From assembly GCA_964035545.1 (NCBI GenBank), contig OZ037765.1, positions 2,232,001-2,296,000 of the forward strand: a stretch of 64,000 nt of DNA, read 5' to 3'. Made by a program: the position numbers and the translations under genes. The notes beneath the pieces were generated by a model. It saw only the letters and a program-made list of their open reading frames with translations, was not told where the DNA came from and ran no database searches. The stretch is from Bugula neritina. Taxonomy: Eukaryota > Animalia > Bryozoa. This document shows, one piece after another, positions 53,604 through 64,000 of the stretch (positions are counted from its first letter, which is position 1; the number at the start of each line of letters is the position of its first letter).

Positions 53604-54822
53604 ATTCCAAATATGTAACTGGCATGTAATAGATTATTTACCTGCATATTTACAACCAGGCTATACAAAGGAAACATACTTATATAGGCATATTATAATA
53701 TAATCATATTTATAGTATTTGCAATATGTATATACACTTTATGGCTGTTTTAAATGCTACACCTTATATCAAAAATTTTCAGAGTGTAAGTAACCATTTT
53801 ATTAAATGTATTTTGGCATTCTGTTATATGTTATATTAATGTATTATAATATAATAATAATGTTTCTTCATGTTCTTTTGTAATTACTTTTTTTTTTACT
53901 AAATTGCTTATGTTGCTTTTTTATGCTAAATATTGCAAACAATCTAAATATTATTACATTAACTTTTAATGCTTTTTAGTTTATGCTAGAAAATATAGCT
54001 ATGTACCCTTTTAGTGTGCGTATAATCGCTGTACATATATATTATACTTGTTCTGTACTACCTAAACTTAGATGTTTTGATGCGATGTAACCATCTTGTG
54101 TTTCTATACTTTAACACACAGCTAGTTCAGCCTCATCTCAACTGTCACAGCATGTATATTCCATTTTATTATATACTCAGTAAAAACATGATTTAAATAA
54201 TAACTTAAAACTGCCTTAAGGGACCAAAATACAGCTTTCAGCACACACACATTTTTATACAACTTTAAGATTCCATCAAGATTATAATACAAATACAAGT
54301 TGTAACAAGTTTGACAGATCTTATTTTCAATAATTTCTGTAATATGATTTACATAAATTATAACAATTTAATATGTTGCACGTTACTCGTTAGTAAAAGG
54401 GTTTGAAACTTGAAAGGTTTTTAATGAAGTGCCAGTTTTACTATCATATTATTTAGGATTTATATGTTTTTTATTTTATTCTATTTGTTATAATTATGGG
54501 ATCATTAAAATTTGTTTATTGCTTTATAATATTTTATTATCTTTTAAAATTGTTACAGATCAGCACGCATTGTGTTTTACGGAGTTGCTCTCTCACCATA
54601 GAACGCGCGAAGTTTCCATTAAAAAATTAACCTGAGATTTTATCACATTCAGAAGCGTGAGCAGTTGGGGTACTTTATCCACCCATTTGAAATATCTGTA
54701 ATCAATGGCTATGAAGTGCACAATTATAATAATAATATCTTCGGGGTATAAGCAATTTTCATTATGATTATGCAATGCTTCACCCATAAGATGGTGTAGC
54801 ACTTTCACTTCAGCACTCTGTA

Positions 54823-57800
54823 ATGTCTGGTGGTATTTGCAAGTTTTTAAAAAGGGTTATGTCTACAGCTAGTTCCAATAACAATTTGGTGGAAAACCTT
54901 TCTTCAGTTAAGGATAGAGTAGCTTCATCTGCAGCCAAGAGGACTGCCAAAGATGTATGTTGATGAGGATGTTCAAATTGAAATTGATATATCTAAGTCA
55001 TTATCTAAATAGTGAAACTAGTAAACTGAAAATCATCATCATTATAATTTAGATTATCAACTATCACCATGTCGCATGCTATAATAAAATGAACATGGCT
55101 AAATAAAAATCTATTGATGCTGTTCACCTGTTGCAATGCAGATGTCAATGTGAGAGTTTCAGTTTGAGAACTTAGAGTCACTGTGACTGTTAGTTAGCTG
55201 TTAGTCAAACTAAATGTGAATGTCATACTCCTGGTCATAGTGATATTCATAGTATCAGTGTGAGTTTGGATTCTAGAGCTGGTTAGTTGAATATTAGTAT
55301 TACTATAACTATAGTATTACTATTAGTTTAACTATTAGTGTATTATTATTACTATTAGTTAAGTATTAGTATTGTTACTAATGATGATTATACGATAAGT
55401 ATTAGACATCACTCATCAATATAAATATAGGTTAATTTTGAAGTATTAATATTTAATAGCTATTTAGTAGCAACACTACTAGTAATTAGATAAGTACTAA
55501 GCAATAGATCGAAAGCTACAAATTCAAAGTGTAATCACAGTGACTGAAGATTATAGCTGTTATTCAGTATGATTTATAATTATCAAATTCCACTCCGTGG
55601 TATCTATTATCATTATAATTTCAAGCAAGAAAAAAGCAAATTAATTACACAATTGAAGAATTTTAGGTTTAACTTTAAATTATGTTTTTTTTTTAAATTT
55701 GAATACAAATAAGTGTATAACAATTTGTAAAATTATACATTGAATGTAGCTTACAAGTAATAGCTTTAATAAAATCATGATGATAGTAATAATGGCTAAA
55801 TGGTGATGATAATAAGCCTAATATTGAGTTATACAGGTGAGTAGTCAGTAAGTACCACTAATTATAGCCATATAATAAAAATAATCACATTGATTTCACT
55901 AAACCTAATTGCTATGTTTAACATAGGCATAGATTATGTAACGGTAATAATACTATAGTGAATTGGCATCTGTTTTCAGGCAAATATGAAATTAATAACT
56001 AATTTTTTTTGAAGAATTTAACGCTGCTTCCCCGACTAGTATGTGTTGGAAAGACCAAACCAGCCTCAGATATTCAACTGGTCTACGATGCTGGACAAAG
56101 GTACTTTGGTGAAAACTATGTAAGTGTTTCTTTTTTTATTTACTGTTTATATTTTTTGACACTTTCTGTTCCAAGTTGAACTATAAGGAATCTAGTAGAA
56201 TGTTGCAGAAGTATGAAATAAGTATACAAGTGAATTAAGTATGATTTTATGCTATGATACGGGGTTTTTCATTCATAAGTTAGTTTTCACCAAGTAAATC
56301 TGATGTCGCGAATTTTATAGGTTAATGAAATTGTAGAAAAGTCACATGACCTACAAGAAACTTGTCCTGACATAAAATGGCATTTTATTGGACGTCTGCA
56401 ATCAAATAAAGTAGGAAAGTTACTAGGTAAGTCCTTCTTTACTATTGTTATAGGTGGGTAGTCCTTCTTTACTCTAGTTATAAGAGGGTGGCCCTTCCTT
56501 ATGTAGTTATAAGTGGAATAATCTTTGTTCTTTGTAGTTTCTAGTTTAATAGTTCTTGCTTTTTAGTTGCTGATTATATAGTCTTTGATTTTGTAGCGTT
56601 GGGTAGATGCTCTTTCCTCTGTAGTTTCCATTATACATACTAATGTTTGTTACACATTCTGCTATACAAGCTGTGTTATGCACTGTGCAGGATGTCCAAA
56701 TCTGTCACTGATAGAAACCATTGACTCCGAGAAGCTGGCCGACAGAGTAGATAAGCTGTGGGTCTCTAGTGAAAGGTATTCTGGGACGCCGCTGGATGTC
56801 ATGGTTCAGATCAATACGAGTAACGAGGAACGTGAGTTGTCCTTCCGTCTTCAAGATAGTTGTTTGAAAACTGAGGCTATGAAGTCTGTTAGACTGGGAG
56901 TTGTGTAACTTGCTAGGGTATTGTCACACGGGACTGACCTCTAAGCCTAAGTTTTAGTGAGTCTTTACTTGTGCATCAGCCGTGGTCTAGAGGCCGGAGC
57001 GCTGGCTTAGTAAGTCTAGTAACGGCCATTGGTGATGTTAGAAAAGGCACTCAGTCATAATTGTTTCTTTAACACAATAGAAAACAAGTTCACTTAAAAA
57101 CCCGTTTCCATTAAGTGTTTTCACAAGGATTGTGACTATAAACTCATGTGAGTATTTTACTTGTGCAGCAGCCATAGTTTAGTGGTTAGAGCGCTGGCCT
57201 GGTGGGCACTTAGTCATTGGGTCGAATCCTAGTAGGGCCTCCGCTAATGTCAGGACTCAGGAATAACATTTGATCATAATTACTCCTGCGCTACTTTGAA
57301 AGTCTTCAGGTTATGTTACCAGCAGGATAAAAAGCACCTTTGCAATCAGATTACATGCTGACATATCTCATGTTCACATATAGAAAAGTCGGGAGTATCA
57401 ACTGAGAAAGCCTTAGATCTCGTTGAGCACGTGATGGTGAGATGTGAGAACCTGCATTTCACTGGAGTGATGACAATTGGTAGCTTCTCTCACGACTACA
57501 GCACCGGACCCAACCCGGACTTCCTGGTCAGTATTTGAGCCTCGTGTTATAATAGAGACTTTGACCTCAGTAAATATCTCAAGGTCATTCAGTTTATTTG
57601 AGAAATACTGTATAATGTCATAGAATGACCTTGAAAAGTAGGCAGTATTACCAGTTGTGGGAATTTCATTCATTTCTGGGTCAGCAATTTGTCACGCATT
57701 GGACTATCCTCTGCAGACGTTACTTCAATGTAAGAAGAAGATAATGGAGAAGTTCTCTCTCAGTTCTGACGATGTCGAAGTGTCCATGGGGATGTCAAAT

Positions 57801-58184
57801 GATTTCGAGCATGCAGTGAGTCACTAAAACTATGAGTTCACAGTCACTAATACTATGAGTATACAGTCACTAATACTATGAGTTCACAGTCACTAACACT
57901 ATGAGTTTACAGTCACTAGCACTATGAGTATAGAGTCACTAATACTTCTTATTGCTTTCATGTTTATTTTAGTATTGTACCAATTGATACTAGCTTTGTG
58001 TTTGCATCATGCAATTCTGTGATACACACTTAGGTATAATACACTAGTGATACTCAGGAAAATATTACTGCTGTTGTTGTATCAACTGATGCTGCCGCTG
58101 TTGCAGATTGAACTTGGCAGCACCAACGTAAGAGTAGGAAGTACGATATTTGGCGCGAGAAATTACGCCACAAAACCTCCTTGA
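54823..58184 (+). CDS. PLPBP: Pyridoxal phosphate homeostasis protein (YggS/PROSC family), 7 exons
   Basis: Exons 54823(or 54859)-54954, 56015-56119, 56321-56426, 56691-56831, 57384-57526, 57717-57815, 58107-58184; motifs [62 protein letters not shown]. Not assembled in the ORF track. Confidence 0.95.
56975..57295 (+). mobile_element. Two adjacent SINE family B copies in PLPBP intron 4
   Basis: GCAGCCATAGTTTAGTGGTTAGAGCGCTGG...GGTCGAATCC and GGTGATGTTAGAAAAGGCACTCAGTCATAATTG, homologous to 47575-47720. Confidence 0.6.
57819..57946. repeat. 23-bp minisatellite (AGTCACTAATACTATGAGTTCAC), about 5.5 copies, starting at the PLPBP intron 6 donor
   Basis: Directly visible. Confidence 0.9.
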
Positions 58185-58549
58185 CCCCTGGACTGATGAC
58201 ACGCGCTAGGGAAATATTGTTGTTTGTATGCTGATCTGCTCACCTCTAACACTTTTATACTCATAGTTGTAGAAATAGTATAGTATATAGTTCTTAGGTT
58301 TTTGGTTCCTTTGCACCTACTCTGTTTTTACTATTTTTTGATAATGGTGGAGAGATAATAAAATATTATGAACATGCTGAATCATTGTTTTCTTAGTGAG
58401 TCCCACTTGGACACATTTTCTAATCGCACGGTCAGCTATTTATAAATTATCATTTGACCATCTGTTCAATTCACACACGGCTCTGCTTTCTTGTAATGAG
58501 AGGTGATGATAACCCCACCCGTAAAATTACATAGCCCAAGTTCTATTGC

Positions 58550-58557
58550 TATATAAA
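58550..58557 (+). promoter_or_regulatory. TATA box of the downstream secreted-protein gene
   Basis: TATATAAA about 100 nt upstream of ATG 58658. Confidence 0.5.
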
Positions 58558-58657
58558 TAAGCTATCTGGACACATAAGTCATCATAACAACATCTGTGTC
58601 CATCAACTCTACTTCAAAGTCAACTCAACTCACTAGAGGCATTTCAGAACTGACAGT

Positions 58658-61117
58658 ATGAAGGCAGTTATTGGAGTTGTTCTATTAGGAGTTGTGCTCC
58701 CTGCTCTATCTAAAGAATGTGCTCAAGTAAGTTAGCAACACCTTTGTATTGCTCTATTATATGTACTTTCTATTTATGTGTGAAAGGTTTTTTTAAACCT
58801 TCCGTTGACAGTTACTGCTGATAATGAAAATTGCATCAGTTTTACCTCGTCTAGCATCCAAAATGGTTGCCAATCAAAATATCGCAATATGCACTGATGA
58901 TTGTTTCTTAAGCTTTAATTGTTTTTAATCCAACTTTTAGTTGTACGAGGAGAATGGACTCTCCCCCAACTTCAATGAGACCATTGCTCATGCTATCCAC
59001 TCCCTCACACTAAATGAACTGAGGAAGTTCAATCCTCTGGCTGAAGAGCTCAATGGTGTTCCTGTAGTAAATCCTCGACTAAATGACCCGGCAGAAACTG
59101 AAAGAGTTATCCCCCATGCTCCCGAAGAAGAAATCAGTAATTACATTATTTATTATTCTTCATTTGGAGTTTTTTTCTCCTATCTGTTGCTATTTAATTT
59201 TTTCAAAGCTTCAAGTGATCATGGAAAAGTTTAAATTAACAACAGTTACAGCACTTGTAATAAATACAAGAAACACATGAGAAGACAACTCTTCTGTGTG
59301 ACAAACAGATTCTTTTTTTAATTGTATCGCAGTGCTCAACTATGTTCAAGGTTTTCTTTTGTCGCTCGACATTGAGTGATACGTAGCGATAGTTTGTTAA
59401 AAATTGAGTTTCAACACAACACATCAAGCATGGCCAAGCACTGTTTTGTCTAATAGAAATACAGCCTCTCAAGTGATCTGTTTTGTAGCAGACGTAAACA
59501 AAATGCAAAAATTTTGCTTAACTTTTTTTCAATTTTTCTAAGATGTGTAGAAAACTTACAATTGCAAAAATGTTCCTTCTACGTAAATATTGCATTTCTT
59601 TTATAAAATATATGTGGCTTATTTAAAAGGTGATGAATTTGATGGTGAAGCAATGAACACCATAGACACAATTCTCTCAACAATTGGGCAGCCAACTGAT
59701 GGGCTGGGACCCAACTGGTCCCCACTTGAGAGAGTTGTGCATAAGTTTCACATGAAGGACCTGTGGGCTATGTTGAGAGAAAACTACGACTTGGTTGACC
59801 AGGTAAGACAACACTGCAGGGTAGATTCTACACAACCAGTTCTGTTAATTCCCAGGGTGCAATAAATTTATTTCAAATTCTTTTAATAAATAATTTAGTG
59901 CTTCATTTTGTAGGCTACCTATTATACATAATTAATATATTACCAATATAGTAGAAAAATATTTTTAAGAAGTTATTTTATAGTTTTTTTGCGATACTGA
60001 ATTGAAATCACACCAAAACTAAAATCTTTGCTGCTAGTTAATGTACTAATCTTTTTATGGATTAAGGATTATTAAATGGATTTTAATGGATATTATATTC
60101 ATTGTTTTATAAATTATAATTTGCTTATAAATTAACACAATATATATTTTACTAAGTTAAAAGTTATATTAAATTTTGCATACGTTATCTTAGCATATAT
60201 TCATAAACTCATGCATTGAAGTAAGCATTCTCTACAAGCTATACACCTTGTCTACCAGCTGACTAACTGTACCAAACCATAAATAGTATACAAGAGCTAG
60301 TCTATAATAGCATATATAAATCATTTAGACTATTCTACTTTAGCCTGAGGATGATATCTGTGAATGTCTCAAGGATACTAAGTCTAACGGTATTTACGAG
60401 GCTGTGGATTGGGTGGCCCGTCACTATAAACATGGTTAAGTATAGCTTCAGTATAACACTAACATTAACTTGTCGTAGGCAGAGTGATATATTCACCTTT
60501 AACCTTTTGTTTTAAGGGGTTTAAAAGGCACCAAATATTTAATTGTGGTATTTAAAAACTGGCATAATCAGCCCATAACGAAGCAGGGGGACACAAATTG
60601 TATATACAAAAAATCAAAGCCATTGTTTTACATAGCTTTGGGTATGGAATATTTTGTCAGGGGAGACTACTCCATAAAACAATGTAATTTTTATAAGACC
60701 AATTACAATTATTCAAGTAGTCTAAAGATCCTTTATTTTACTGATGTTTACGGAGATGTAATTTCTTTGCGGAGATTTATAAATTTTGGTTTGAGGTTTG
60801 AGTGTGAAATGAGATTGTTTTATTCCATGGTCAGACAACTTCTCAAGCTGAAAGTTTCAACAAAACTTGTGCTATAAAGAACATTGCAATTCTGCACTTA
60901 TCTCTATATCTACTGCTTTCCTCCATCAATATGAAAATATCTCACACTTTATATCATATCTTATAACACAGGTACACCTATTACACTCCTCAATAGACCA
61001 ATTCCTAAGCTTACAGATGCTAAAACCTGGGGCGTATGGAAATACAGACTCCTACACTACTACGACTCTCAAGCTATCTCTGATGCTGTCACCTACCTGA
61101 GATGTGTCCTTGATTAG
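58658..61117 (+). CDS. Uncharacterised secreted protein (~224 aa), 5 exons
   Basis: Exons 58658-58726, 58941-59136, 59630-59802, 60344-60434, 60972-61117 are phase-consistent; signal peptide MKAVIGVVLLGVVLPALS; AHAIHS, ERVVHKFHM, CECL; supported by the adjacent paralog. Confidence 0.85.
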
Positions 61118-61935
61118 CTGCCAAACTGTCATTTGACATGTGACAGCTGTCTGCATGTGCCATGACAAGTGTTTGCATGTCACATGTTGATATAATCAAT
61201 GCACATTAGCAGAAAATTGCTCTAACATCGGATGTGTAAATCAATACATCAATGAATAAAGCACATTTTAATGTTTCAAATGTCATTTTTTTCTCTGCAT
61301 GAAATACTCAACTATCCAACTCGTCCTGCACACAATAAAACTTATTTATCATAATCCTACAGTTACTGTAGAGATGGACAATCATCATGTATTTCTTTAT
61401 GATTTTTTGTGATTATAAAGCAAATTCATATATCAAAAGTGGCTGCATATAACAATATTATGCTTGAAACACACAGGTACAAGTTTATTCAGCAATTGTT
61501 AGCTGCTAACTTTCTGATAAAATCATTTCTCGAAATGCATATCTACTATATGTTTGACTATAATAATATAATATAACAAAATATGCTATAACATAATGTA
61601 GTACAAAATATTATGATATAACAGAAGGCATTTCTTCAACTTGTTGTAATGCTACGCCCACAAATTATGCTATCAAAAATAGTTGAAACTGTTATCTGTT
61701 GGAATGTTCAGAAGTTTCCATGACGTCATACTCGCTTCATCAAAACAGTCACTTGTCAATCACTGAATGACTAAAAAGTCTTTTATTAAGAAGTGGCCAT
61801 GAATTACAAAATAGGTGAAAAGAGAAAAAATGTGCAAAAAGCAACATAAGTTATTGACAATACTGTGCCCTTCCATCAGCTAAGATAAACAATACATTAG
61901 TGTAAATGTTCAACAAAAGCTAGTTCAACTTGTAT

Positions 61936-62576
61936 TTAGCTGGTGTGGTTGAGAACACAGCTTAGATATGTAGCTGCATCAGTTATAGCCTGGGAATCAT
62001 AATACTGAACTAGTCTGGCTCTCCACACCTCCCAACTTTTAGCATCTCTTAGCTTTGGCAGTGGTTTATTGAGTAAACTGAGCGTAGGAGCTGAAAGTAG
62101 AATTCAAGGAGCTTTTTAAGTTCATTTTGGTAGTGTATGGTGACAAAAAACAAAAGAAACATTTCAAATTTTAAAAACTTCTTGAAATGCTGCCAATAAC
62201 TAACTTCAGTTAAAGGATAGATAATTATGGTGTGTACTCTTAAGATATTTGTGGTGGTCAGGATAAAAACACTAAAATATTTTTAATAATTTTTAGCTTT
62301 GATAGTACAGATTGGGGAATAGCATCTCAATATTATTTAAAATAATACATTATTGATGATAATGGAGCATTACCTTTACTATTCAATAATTAATCCGTAG
62401 AATATGAAATAGACTAAAACACAGTCTTTTTACTATGCAATATGAAATAGACTAAATCACAGTCTTTTCACTGTGCAATACTTACCAGTTCTGTACTGAC
62501 GAGCCACCCAATCAACAGCCTGGAATATTCCATTCTTCTCCGTGTCTTTCAAACATACACACAGATCTTTAGCTGG
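61936..62576 (-). CDS. Last two exons of an inverted paralog of the 58658-61117 gene (5' exons not in window)
   Basis: 62576-62486 PAKDLCVCLKDTEKNGIFQAVDWVARQYRT and 62090-61936 PTLSLLNKPLPKLRDAKSWEVWRARLVQYYDSQAITDAATYLSCVLNHTS*; same exon length (91 nt) and phases as the paralog; missed by the ORF track. Confidence 0.85.
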
Positions 62577-62674
62577 CTGAAACATGTGTAAAGAAATATA
62601 TAGCTTCACTGTATAAAGCTGAGAGATATAACTTGTATTAGGAATGTCTCACCTTTTGTGTTTATGCATGCTAT

Positions 62675-64000
62675 TGTAGTAAACTGTGGGTTATGAATGC
62701 AACTAGTGCTTGAACATACTCTTTGCGTTAGAGAGAATAAGCCAAGTATTTGAATACGAATGAAAGATAAACTTTATTTGCATCAGATACAGCTTATGTG
62801 GTCCTACTACCAGCGAGCTCCAGTAGTAGTCTGAATCTACACTGGAAACTCGCCTGCTTTTATACACAAGAATTCACATCTAGAATGTTCCAACAGACAA
62901 AAGAAAGTTAAGCTTGACAGTAACAAAAGAAAAATAGACAAAGGAGAATGAATAATTCAATAGGCCAAGAATTTAGCTATAATAACAACCTATTGAAGGC
63001 ATTCATAAAAGCTACACAAATTTCCAGTATCAGTATTAATGCAAAACGATGAAATAGCAAAAAGGGAAAATAACTCTGGAAATGCGTATTTAATGAAAAT
63101 TACATTATACTGAAAGCTTAATCACAATAATAAGGCATTAGAAAGCTAGTGCAACTTAGCTACAATTACAGCATTCAAAATATACGCAACAGTAATTATA
63201 ATACTGACACACGCAGTTACTTGAAAACAGTAGAGGATGAGAATCTATCACATTCTCCCCCCATCGAAAAGCATCCCCTTTTCGATAACAAAACAATGAT
63301 TCCACACAAAAAAATGAAACACAAACGTAGAAAAATATGCGGTTAACAGGAAAGTATTATGATTAATCACACGTAACACGAGAACATTTACAGTTCAATT
63401 GGCTATTGCCAGCGGCCCCTGGTTGTCCGGTTTTATCATTAGAGGTGGTGCACCAGGCTTTCTATCTCTTCTGTATTTGGATCGAGGATATGGGACCAGG
63501 CCTCGATTGCGCTATCCAGGACGCACTCTCGGTAAGGAAGTGCCATACTCTGCCCGTGACGGGGCAATTGTGGGTGGGTTGGCTGAGTCTGTTCTTCTAT
63601 CTGGTTGCCTGGTGCTCCAGATATCCAATACTGGCGGGCGACCAGGGCCCGAGGCATTGCCAGTATTGGAGGGTCCTCTTCGTCTCTGCCTGCGAGGTGG
63701 TCGCCGTATAGAGTGCCCTGCTCCTCCCCAGCTGTGAGCTGGAGCTCAACCGGTTCGGGGTCAGGGCCACTAACGCTGGCGGAACACACCTCGGAAGAGG
63801 GGGTGTCGTACTGCTGGCTGCGGGGAGCCGAAACAGGAGCTGGTGGGGGAGGGGAGTCGGATCGACTGGCCTCCTCGGTATCCTTACGCTCCTCTGTTTG
63901 GGTATCTGGCGAGGTAACTCCCATAGCTGATGCTAGTGTCTGAATAACAGTGTTTAAATTATACTTAGGGGTATCAGGATTACAATTCAACGTGAGCTGT
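62675..64000 (-). mobile_element. Probable 3' end of an LTR retroelement (3' LTR ~63252-62675, PPT 63262-63253, GC-rich ORF tail 63439->64000)
   Basis: Minus-strand GGGGGGAGAA directly followed by TGTGA; AATAAA at 62778-62773; abrupt rise in GC; second LTR not in window and left boundary uncertain. Confidence 0.45.

Noticed and set aside
62653-62674. Further exon of the inverted paralog ending at AAG|GTGAG
   Set aside because: The required phase-0 frame contains stop codons and shows no similarity to the paralog exon

Overview
AT-rich, intron-containing animal DNA; the gene content suggests a marine invertebrate with a compact genome, but the taxon cannot be fixed from sequence. 1-22.7 kb is a minus-strand tandem array of short-chain collagen C4 (spongin-type) genes: four apparently intact 7-exon copies plus the 5' end of a fifth, broken copy. 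The copies differ in collagen length and in patches of the C-terminal domain. A Harbinger-like TIR element carrying an RTE LINE fragment sits inside the array. 23.7-26.5 kb is a complete 2.78-kb LTR retroelement (Ty3/Gypsy, Mag-like; 5-bp TSD, tRNA-Ser PBS) encoding only Gag plus protease. It has a 7-unit hairpin array with exact 24-nt period, triplicated polypurine tracts, and LTRs that are identical except for a strongly diverged last ~42 bp; this is the best candidate for an undescribed system. Downstream: an ISL2EU/Harbinger-like relic, a TRAF4-like gene (+), a TMEM86A-like lysoplasmalogenase (-), nested MITEs, an orphan 84-aa membrane peptide (-), a divergent VWD-domain GPI-type surface protein (+), PLPBP (+), a tail-to-tail pair of uncharacterised secreted-protein paralogs, and the probable 3' end of a second LTR element. 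Exon structures were derived by eye from GT-AG sites and frame continuity; no database searches were run.
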